DNA of 64,000 nt, from the NCBI GenBank assembly GCA_009103225.1, contig RHPI01002262.1, positions 62,001 through 126,000 on the forward strand, given 5' to 3'. This stretch comes from Chlorokybus atmophyticus. Taxonomy: Eukaryota > Plantae > Mesostigma and Chlorokybus algae. Positions within the stretch are counted from its first letter, which is position 1. Every line of letters begins with the position of its first letter. The notes under the pieces were generated by a model that was not told the origin of the DNA, did not search any database, and saw nothing but the letters and a program-made list of their open reading frames with translations. Of the stretch, positions 54,438 to 64,000 are shown piece after piece. Both the position numbers and the translations under genes were made by a program.

Positions 54438-55872
54438 ATGTCTCACCAAGGAGAGGAAGGAGGGATGTATCCCGTACATGAGGATTTATTCTGTGAGCCA
54501 TCAAGTGATGAGGAAGTGAAGCACTCAGACACGAGTAGTGGTTACAGTGTCAGTGAGGAGGAAGAAGCCAAGTCCAAGAGTGGTGAAGCTTCTTCAAAGA
54601 AGTCCTCTCATGATGACCAACCTATGGACGCTCAGAGCATCATCGGGGCGGCCATCGCGAAGTACGCATCAGAGCGTGAAGCTCTTCTTGCTGCACACCC
54701 CCAGCTTCGCAAGAAAGTGTGGGATGAGTGGGCGCAGCAAGTCCGTAACGCATATGAGACGAACTCTCCCGCGCGCAAGCAAGGAGATGGTGATTCGCAT
54801 GATCGAGCACGAGTTGACGCGTAATGTACCGCAACTTATGCGCACAGATTCGGCAGTGGCCACTCTTATGGCTACTTATGACAAACCAGGCCCGTATCCA
54901 GGCCAGAGGATGGCGTTCGAGGCTCTCACCTTATTGACGGTGGAAACTCAAAATCGTTGCAAGGACCTCTTCTGGTACTTAGGGCCTGAGCTGGAGGAGA
55001 AGTTAGCTCGAGAAGAGCGCTTGATTGCACGCCTCGATGCTATACAGTCCGAGTTGGTGGCATACGCCAGCAGGTGGCAGGGGCTACTATTACTGTAGCA
55101 GGGACATCAGTTGGCCTACCCGTCACAGCGCTGAACAAGCCCGTGAAGTTCAAGCCCAATGGGCTGTAAACATTCAGGATTGGGTGGTGAATGTAAAGCG
55201 CTACTTGGCTGCACTTCAGCGACCAGTTAGTGAGCATACATCTGTTGCCGAGTTGCTCATGCCACCTGACGCTTTGGCCGAGTGGGCGCGTCAAACATAG
55301 GATGGTGCTTCCAAAACTGTGGAGGCATTGTTTCAGTTCTTGGTGGAACGCTATGGTGGCATGGACCCGGCTACTGTTGCTCGCAACAAGCTTACCAAGC
55401 TGCGACAGAATGGTCGGGCGGCTTCAGTGTACTTGCAGGAGTTTCAGGCACTTGTTGGCCGTATCAACAGTGGGCTCATGCCCATGGACAAGGCTGAGCA
55501 GTTTGACTTGTACAACCGCGGCTTGGATGCGCGCTTGCGCGACCAGTTGCATTACAACACGTCGACGGGGCAACCGTGGGTTCCCGCGGACCTCGCAACC
55601 TTGCAAAGGTTGAGTGTGTATCTGCTCAATGACAATGCTGCGGCTGTGTGCAGGACAAGTCACAGGTGGTGGCTTCAGTCAAGCCACATGGGGGAGGGGG
55701 AAAGCGGTTCCCTCCACCAAGTGCGCATGCGGCGAAAAAAGCCAAAACTTCATACGCACCTGCGAATGGTGCTATGCCTATTGCAGCACGCGCCTGCTAC
55801 GTGTGCCATTAGCCAGGTCACATCACGAAGAACTGCCCAACCAAGGGAAAGGGCAAGGCCAAGAAGGTTGAA
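54438..55872 (+). pseudogene. gag: Disrupted gag with CCHC zinc knuckle
   Basis: Frameshifted ORF pieces; ARNKLTKLRQ...ASVYLQEFQAL...YNRGL; knuckle CYVCH*PGHITKNC at 55795-55836. Confidence 0.85.
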
Positions 55873-55884
55873 TAGGATTACGTC

Positions 55885-56280
55885 GTGACTGATGTACCTT
55901 CATCTAGTGGCCAATTGCTAGTGTTACACGCAAACTGGTTTGATGAATTGTCTCGTGTACATGTAATTACACATGCATGGCAAGTACATGATAAGCTGCC
56001 ACTTTTTGATAGTGAAAAAGTGGATGACCAGGCTTGTGTGCTAGTGCATGTAAAATTTAACATGCTAACAGACGTTTTGCGCACATTGTGTGAGTTACCA
56101 AATAAACACACGACACTGAATGTGGTTGTCATGGTGCCGAAGTATCATAGACCGTGGCTAAAGCATACTCGGGGGGGAACTGTGATGAAACAACTCACAA
56201 AGCGTGAGACAAGGACAGTGCGGCTGTCAGCAATGTTGATTAACCCGCGCATCAGTCGCGGAATCTTGGCTACCTTTTAA
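55885..56280 (+). other. Extra domain between Gag and protease, weakly resembling Dam-like N6-adenine methyltransferase
   Basis: 131-aa open frame, in frame with the protease across one TAA; ...VLVHVKFNMLTDVLRTL...VVVMVPKYHRPW. The family call is from motif memory only. Confidence 0.45.
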
Positions 56281-59200
56281 GGGCGAGTAGTACCTTTATT
56301 GTGGACCTTCACAGGCACGGCACAAAGTATTACTAGCTCGTTCTTGGTTGACACCGGGGCAACGCATAATTTCGTCGAAGAAAAATGGGTTATGCGCAAT
56401 AAGATAGCGTGTAAACCCTCAGCATTTTCAGCTGCTGGTGCTGGGGGTACGTTATCGGTAAAAGGTGAAATCAAGCTGAAAGTTAAGATTGGTAGTTATC
56501 AAGCCAATTCAACTTTCATCATAGTACCCATTGACATAGTTGGTGTTGATGTGGTATTTGGCCAAGAATGGCAGAATCAAGTGTCTATGACATTAGACAC
56601 TGCTGCACGGCTGTGCACAGTAAAAAAGGGGCGTAAGCGCATCACTTTATCCGTGCAGGGGTCGCATAGCTTGGAATACAAATAAACAGACCATGCATTA
56701 CTTACGGCGCTTCAAGTAAAGCGTGCGTTACGTAAAAACACACTTGCTTTTCTTATGCACTTAACGTCGAGTAATGATGTATGTGTGCCTAGCAATACAG
56801 ATTGTGTGGCGGACATCATTGAGAAATTTCAGGTTGTGTTCTCAGATGAGTTGCCGGGCTTGCCCCCTGATCGAGGTGTCGGACACACAATACCTTTAAT
56901 TCCTGATTGTGAGCCTTCATTTCGGCCTGTACATAGGTTGAGCCCTCGTGAGAGGGGGAAAATGGAAACATAGATAAAAGAGTTATTGGAAAAGGGGTTG
57001 CTTGAACCAAGTTCTTCACCCTTTGGCGCACCCATATTGTTTGTTATGAAAAAGGAATGGGAAGTTGCGCATGTGTGTGGATTACCGTGCTCCAAACATG
57101 ATCATGGTAAAGAACAGATACCCGTTGCCAAGGATTGATGATGTGTTTGACAAGTTGTCAGGAAATGCGTGCTTTCATACGCTAAACTTGATAAGCGGCT
57201 ATCATCAAGTCCGGATTCAACCTTCGGATGTGTATAAGAGCATTCAAGACACCTACGGACCACTATCAATACAAAGTGTTACCTTTTGAATTGGCTAATG
57301 CACCCGCTGTGTTTCAGAAGGAAATGAATTAAACTTTCGGTGACATGCTTGGTCAACATGTCATGATATACTTGGATGACATCATTGTCCTCAGTAAAAC
57401 AAGGGAAGAACATAGGCAACACTTGGAAGCGGCTTTTGCAAAATTGCGCAAGCATCGCTTGTTGGCAAATCTCACCGAGTGTGATTTTTTGTGAAAGGGA
57501 GTTGCCCTTTCTTGGTCACATTGTGAGTGGTGCGGGTATCAAACCTGACCCTCGCAAAATGCAAATTGTGAAAGAGTGGCCCCAACCTCAGAATATCCAT
57601 CAACTAAGGTCGTTTCTAGGGTTGGCAAACTATTTTCGCAAGTTCATGATGGGGTACTCGACAGTTGTCATGCCTTCGACCAAATTGTTGCGTAAAGATG
57701 CCCCATTCACTTGGACAACAGCACAAAAAGCTGCTATGCAAAACGTGAAGTTGACTTTAACATCGGCGCCGGTGTTAGCACTGCCCAATTAGGACAAACA
57801 CTTCACGGTGGTCAGTGACGCATCAACACTTGGGAGTGGTGCGGTACTATTGCAAGATGGTAGACCTTGTGCTTATGAGAGTGTAGGAAGTTCATTCCTG
57901 CAGAAGTGAACTACACTACGACAGAGCAAGAACTATTGGGTATAGTTCATGCTCTTGAGACATGGCGATGTTACTTGGAGGGTGTTCAGTTCACTGTTGT
58001 GACTGATCACAACCCGTTGGTGTATTTCTAAACACAGCAAAACTTGAGACGGCAAGCGCGCTGGAATGAGTTTTTGTCCAGGTTCACCTTCAATTGGGTG
58101 TATCGACCGGGCAGAACCAATGTGGCTGACCTTTTGAGTCGCTGCCCGTCATTACTGGTAGTGATATGCGCGCAATTACTTGCGACTCGCAGCACATTGT
58201 CTCCCGATGATGAGTTTGTGCAAACTGTTATATAGGGGTACACTTTGGACCCGTGGTTTTTTAATGCAGACAACTTACAAAAGTTTGACGAACGTGACAA
58301 TCTGTATTACATGAGCAACAGTTTGGCGATCCCTAATCGTGCTGAACTGCGTGTAAAATGCATAGCGAATGTACACGATCCACCTTACGCTGGGCACTTT
58401 GGTAGTCGCAAGACCAGTAAGGCAGCGCAACGGTTGTATTGGTGGCCATCGTTGCCTGCTGATGTGAAGCGGTATGTGGACACGTGTGACAAATGTCAAC
58501 GTGACAAACCGTTACGTCAAAAGCCCGCTGGGATACTGCGGCCGTTACCAGTTCCTGACAATAAGTGGGACAGTGTGAGTAGGGACCTTATCACTGAGCT
58601 ACCTGAGACAACGTTGGGTCATACTGCGGTTGCCGTGTTTGTGGATCGTTTGACCAAAATGGTTCACATTGTTTCCTTGCCGTACGGAGATAGGCTCCCG
58701 TGATCTAGCGATGGTTTTTGTCGCGTCAGTGTTCAAGTTGCATGGCTTGCCTCGCAGCATTGTCTCTGACCGTGACCCGAGGTTTGTGGCTCAGTTTTGG
58801 AAGTCGCTATGCAACTTCCTGCAGCTACAGCAGCATATGAGTACCGCTTATCATCCGCAGACTGATGGTTAGACTAAACGCGCCAGTTAAGTGATTGAGG
58901 AAACCATTCGGCATTATGTGAGTCCGAATCAGTCTGATTGGGATATTTATCTTCCAAGCTGAGTTCGCGATTAACAATGCATGGCAAGAGAGTTTGCAGG
59001 AAACTCCGTTCTTCTTGACTTACGGAGTGCATCCACAAAGTCCTGCGAGTGTTAAGTTGCCAGGTAACGACTTGACTCGCGTGCCTGCAGCGCGCGAGAT
59101 GGCTGCGGCCATGCAAGACAGGTTAGCATTGGCAACGAGCTGTCTGCGCGCAGCGCAAGACAGACAGAAAGCCCAAGCTGATAAGCATCGTAGGCAGGCC

Positions 59201-59644
59201 GACTTTGATGTGGGCAATTTTGTGCTTATGAGCACTAAAAACATATCCATCAGGGGAGTGGGTATCCGAAAACTTTTCCCTCGTTAAATAGGCCCCTTTA
59301 AAGTAGTTGATCGGGTCGGCACTCACGCGTATCGTTTTGAGTTACCACATTCCATACGTATACATAATGTGTTTCATGTGAGTGCACTGAAACCATACCG
59401 TTCAGACGGTCGGGTTCTACCTCCTCCACCCCCAATCGTAGTGGATGGCGATGATACTTTCGAGTATGAGGTGGAAACAATCCTGAGTCACCGTAAGCCC
59501 CAACGCGGACGCGCCCCGACTTACTTGGTGAAATGGAAAGGGTATAGTGTTGAACACAACACATGGGAACCCAAAGAGAATCTTACCACTTGCCAGGAGA
59601 TTCTTCGGGCGTACTGGAGTGATGTGTCCGCACGCGGACGGTAA
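56281..59644 (+). pseudogene. pol: Disrupted pol: protease, RT, RNase H, integrase, chromodomain
   Basis: FLVDTGATHNFV; SSSPFGAPILFV; RMCVDYR..N..MVKNRYPLPRIDD; YLDD (about 57368); FLGHIVS; VVSDAS; GHFG...CDKCQ; DRDPRF; TAYHPQTDG; chromodomain [10 protein letters not shown]...[15 protein letters not shown]. Many stops and frameshifts. Confidence 0.95.
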
Positions 59645-59756
59645 AAGGGTGCTGGCAGACATTTTTACCGCTTCGGCCCTGGTTCTTTTCTCACTTAGGT
59701 TTTCAGTGCTCACGGTGGGGCCTTGCTAACCCTTCAATGAGGACATTGAAACCTAA

Positions 59757-59769
59757 GTGGGGGGGGGAA
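59757..59769 (+). other. Polypurine tract
   Basis: GTGGGGGGGGGAA directly before the 3' LTR. Confidence 0.9.
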
Positions 59770-60096
59770 TGTAACGGAGTGCTACCGCTATGCGGTTCCC
59801 CGCCCTTATTAAATGAAAAATAAGGGTCCCAACGGGATAAACACAGCCATTAAAGTCGTATTAGGGCCTTTATAGGGCCTAATAAGGTGTTATGTTATTT
59901 AACACTGATATCGACTTGAGACATCAGTCTCAAGTCGATATCGGCCGCATGGCGGCGCTGCTAACGCAGCGACCACCATAACCAGGGGATCTTTTGATCC
60001 CCTAGCTGCCAGCGGCGGCGGCGGCGGCGACGTGGCTGTGGTTGGTGGTGTTGGGGTAGGGGATTTAAGGGGGCGGTACACCTCCCCCTCTTTACA
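59770..60096 (+). repeat. 3' LTR (327 bp)
   Basis: Direct repeat of 53226-53553. Confidence 0.97.
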
Positions 60097-60249
60097 GTTA
60101 CCTTTCCTTTCGATATATGCTTCGGAGCTTGCTATACACAGCTCTTGTGTCATGTGTCGTAACACTTCATCAAAATCAAAAGGTAAGTGCGTGATAGGTG
60201 TTGGAAGTGGGCGTGCAAGGTGTTGCAACTATGGACTCTAATTTGCCTA

Positions 60250-61300
60250 TCATCTTTTTGTCACTATATGGTCATATGGTCCCAGTGTTAAAGACATAGC
60301 GCTAACGCAACAACACAACTCGAAAACAATTACGACGCGAAGCCACATCACAATATAACTATACACGCTAGCGCGCAATAGCTGCACACACAGCGGTCGT
60401 CCCTTGCTCCAGCAGAGCCACGCCCTGAGCTCGCTGTAGTGCACAAGCAATTTACTGCACATACATAGACACGAACCGGACATACGTGTCGTATGCAACC
60501 CCTGATGCTGGACTAAACGGCACGCATAGTCCGTAATTAGCTTGTGGAATGAAGCTCTCAGGGTGCTGAATGTCTCCGCTGCCAAAGGAATGAACCTGTC
60601 TCCCGCCGCGTGGTCGCCGTACTTGCGACACTTCGCCAACTCCGCTGTTTTGCTCCTCCTCCCGACAGTGGTAGGCATTTTCAGTAGGCGCGCTCTCCCT
60701 CGGCAGTAGTAGGCAGTAGTAAGCGTCCGTCGTGGCTTGGCCCTGAAGCCACCAGGTCCAATCGGCGTCCTTGCACCTCCCTTGACAGGATTGGCATGAA
60801 ACCAAAACGCTCCCTGCTGAGCGAGTACCCCGCCTCCCGTAACACATGGTACACCTCGTTACGCAGGGCGTTGTGCGTGGCGTTGCTTGAAGACCAGAAC
60901 AGCAACGCAACACGTGTATACCTCGACCATCCGGCAAGGCCACACCAATGGTGCAATACCGTAAATAAGCTAAATAAGCTAATATACGGTGAGGTAGGCC
61001 CAGCAACAAACACACCGCCGTACAAAGACAGGGCTGGATAAGCGCAATGCAGGTTATAATGGTAGCGCCAGCAGCCACGCACCTGCTCCCGACCCCGATG
61101 CCGACTGAAGACGTGTTACATCGTGTGCTGCTGCTCCAGTCATCAAAGATGCACGAGTAAGGCCGTCTAACGCCTTTGTGATGTCTTGCTGAAGAGACTG
61201 CTGCTGCACATGCGCGAGTGCCAAAACGCCGGGATGGTGTGCTGCAGTGAGTTGGGAAGCAAGGTTAGGGCTGAACGGATGTTTCCCAAAAGCGCAAAGT
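60250..61300 (-). mobile_element. Degenerate 3' fragment of a CRE-like non-LTR retrotransposon (restriction-like endonuclease region)
   Basis: RLQSASGSGAGAWLLALP, THNALRNEV, GRRLDL, ELAKCRKYG...RFIPLAAETF resemble RLE-type (CRE clade) C-termini; frameshifted. Confidence 0.6.
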
Positions 61301-62109
61301 GCCGGACACCACGGTATTAATGGCGTCCATGAAGGGAAAAGAGCCAGCCATATGAGCAAAGTGGCGTCACATTGCATGCAAATCAACAGGATACGCACAC
61401 AATGATGTACCTTCATGACCCTATATAGTGATGTATCGGATGAGAAGCATTGTATGCGCTACAGAATAAAGCAATGCTGCAGAATAACAGCTTGTGTCAT
61501 TAGCGTGTCTTACAAGTATACGTTAAAATGAGCAAATTGTCTTCTTACCGACGTTAAGTAATAAACAACCATATTTGTGGGACAGATTTGGTCAGCAACC
61601 GTTTCATAAACTTTGAACACTTGTACTGAAAAGTTTACATTGCCTACTACTACTACGTAATCACCGCCAATAATCACATGCCAGGAGTAATTGAGTGCCA
61701 GTTTTGCTACATGTACTGTACATCGCGTGTGCCAGTTCTATCCAGTGCCGCTATCTGGCTCGCTGCTGGCACAGCACATGGCTACTGGCGGCTACTGGTA
61801 CGCCATTGGGGTTTGTTACGCATGCAGTGCCAGTGTCACGGCGGAGTCATCAGCGGTGGCATTGGTGTGGTCGGCGGCGGCGCAGGGGACGTGTCAAGGG
61901 AACGCAAACAAAGTTTGCAGTCGCTCAAATTACCGCAGAGTCGCAAAGAGTCTTTGGGGGCGTTGACATTGTCTTTGTGGTAGTTGTTGCCGCCGGTGTC
62001 ATAGTTGTGGTAGTCGAAGTCGCCATCTTGCCGTCGTTGTCGTCGTCGGCATTGTCGTCGTCGAGGTTGGTGCCGCGAAGCTTTTTATCTTCAGCGAAGG
62101 CACGCCGCA

Positions 62110-62157
62110 ATGGCGCCCTCACAGGTAAAAGGCAAGTAGCAGAGCAGAACGACACGC

Positions 62158-62189
<32 letters not shown>

Positions 62190-63278
62190 ATGATAACGGT
62201 GCATTGCCATCCTTGTTATATAACAAAGTTTGTATTGCTGCCGCAGTCCATACCAGTGGTAAAGAACATACTGCTGCTGGACAGCGAGGGCAAGCGGGTG
62301 GCTGTGCGGTACTATGGCTCAGACTGGCCCACTAACGCCTCTCAGCTCAGCTTTGAGAAATCCCTTTTTGCAAAGACTCAGCGCACCAACGCTCGTGGGG
62401 AAGGTAAGCCAGCATTCTTCTTGTTGTTGTTAGACCTGTCAGTGTCAGTGTTGTTCATGTGCTGGTTATTTGTATTGTTGATTATTGTTGTTGTTGCTGG
62501 TGGTGGTGGTGGTGTTCAGTACTTGTAACGACGAAGTGCATGTTGGGTGCGTGTGCAGCGGAGATTATCATGTTGGACAACGTGCTGTCGGTGTACAAGT
62601 TTGCCAGCGATCTGCATTTCTACGTGACGGGCGGCGAGGATGAAAATGAGCTTTTACTTGTCACTGTCTTGCAGTGCCTCTTTGACGCTGTCTCCCTGCT
62701 ATTAAGGTGAGAGGGAGAGAAGAGACGAGGAGAGAGACTTCAAGTGGCTTTGTAATGATGTATGATGGATATCGGAAAAGCCGCTCCCTCAAAATGTGTT
62801 CAATGTATAGGAATGCAGTGGAGAAGAAGACTGCCTTAGAAAACTTGGACTTGGTGCTATTGACTCTAGATGAGCTGGTGGATGGCGGGTGAGTACTACA
62901 CACTCTAACACAAACTAATAGAGGGGTGCAACCTGCACATGCGTTGTTGAGGCAGTGCGTGATGCATGAGTGTCTGCGATGATAGGATCATTTTGGAGAC
63001 GGAGCCGACAGTTGTGGCTTCACGTGTCGCCATGCGCAGCTCTGATGCTGCGGACATCCCCCTATCGGAGCAAGTCAGCCAACTCAAGGACATGGTAGGT
63101 GCCCCAACCAACCAATGCCATGCGCTCGCGGGTATTGTTTGTTCAGCTATTCTGCCATCTCATGCACATGCTTTTGCATGCATCAAACGAACAAAGCACT
63201 GACTTGTGGCAACTGCAGACTTTGTCACAAGCCTTTGCATCCGCCAAGGAGCAGCTTGCAAGGTCTTTGTTGAAGTAG
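62110..63278 (+). CDS. COPZ: Coatomer subunit zeta; exons 62110-62124, 62247-62403, 62559-62706, 62811-62888, 62986-63073, 63219-63278
   Basis: [22 protein letters not shown]...[17 protein letters not shown]; [11 protein letters not shown]; [24 protein letters not shown]; [18 protein letters not shown]. Confidence 0.97.
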
Positions 63279-64000
63279 CAGACAGGTTTTTGTTCGAGTG
63301 GCAGACAGGTTTTTGTCGAACCCGTGGTTTGTTCAGGTCAGCAATTATGTGTTGAAAGTGATCTGCCATTCTCAGGTGAACATCAGCTGAGTCAAAAATA
63401 TTGCATGTTGGCGAGGACAGGCACTCTTCTATCGTTGCATAGTGCACACGCTAGTGACCGCCTGCTACTGGTGGGCTGCAACTGTTAACAAACCAAGAGA
63501 ACATGTGACGGTCATGCATTTGTCTCAAGCTAATTTGGTTGCGATGGATCACTGTGACGACACTGATATTATTCGCAGAACGTCTGCCTGTCATTTATGT
63601 GGCATAGTGACAGCAACAGCTATGTGGCACAGTGACAGTGGCGCGAGGTGGATGGCTGCGTTATGCTTCTATGGGATATGGGAAGATTGCAAAGTTATGT
63701 GCATTGTGGTCCGCTGCAGTCAGTGCATGAGTCACTTTAGCAGGCCCTTTCAGAAAGGCTTCCATCGTGGTTGTAGTCTTAATAGCTCAAAGTAGCCACC
63801 GCTGCTGTAAGCGCCCCATGATGCACTTGTCTTTGTGTCAGAGTAGATATACAAACTTATGTTTGGTTGGCTTGCACGCTCATGTTCGCACTTTCACCTT
63901 GATTTGCCAGGTACACATTATGGTGAACACTTTCCACAAGTCAAGCTTGTTATACGAGGATAGTACAGCGCCCGTGTGGGCATGTAATGCATTATCAATA

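Larger units (their letters stand above)
53226..60096 (+). mobile_element. Full-length, decayed Ty3/gypsy chromovirus with both LTRs
   Basis: LTRs 53226-53553 and 59770-60096 (TGTAAC...TTACA; 7 substitutions and 1 indel by hand alignment); TSD-like GGTAC/GTTAC; PBS and PPT; gag-PR-RT-RH-INT-chromodomain order. Confidence 0.97.

Overview
Eukaryotic, intron-rich, GC-rich genomic DNA from a green alga, probably an early-branching streptophyte (inferred from plant-type RR-TZF, FdC2, root-cap-like domain and chromovirus content; not proven). About 14 spliced host genes were reconstructed by hand: an orphan membrane-anchored protein, an SLC25A38/Hem25-like glycine carrier, an ankyrin tandem-CCCH protein, a possible Golgi glycosyltransferase, a secreted root-cap/VWD-like protein, COG4, Rab1, a CAD-like dehydrogenase, PetF, FdC2, rhomboid RBL14, an aberrant glycine-cleavage H protein, RPS10 and coatomer zeta. 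Mobile DNA comprises a full-length but decayed Ty3/gypsy chromovirus (53226-60096), an older chromovirus remnant (about 12433-13660), a CRE-like non-LTR fragment and dispersed non-autonomous repeats. The three most interesting signals are: (1) an extra domain between Gag and protease of the chromovirus that resembles a degenerate Dam-like N6-adenine methyltransferase; (2) a TCGACTTGA...TCAAGTCGA hairpin shared by two otherwise different LTRs; (3) an H-protein gene that lacks the ESV before its lipoyl lysine and whose 3' end is followed by inverted, synonymously diverged copies of itself, forming a 25-bp mRNA hairpin. All exon calls come from reading splice signals and remembered family motifs; no database searches were run.
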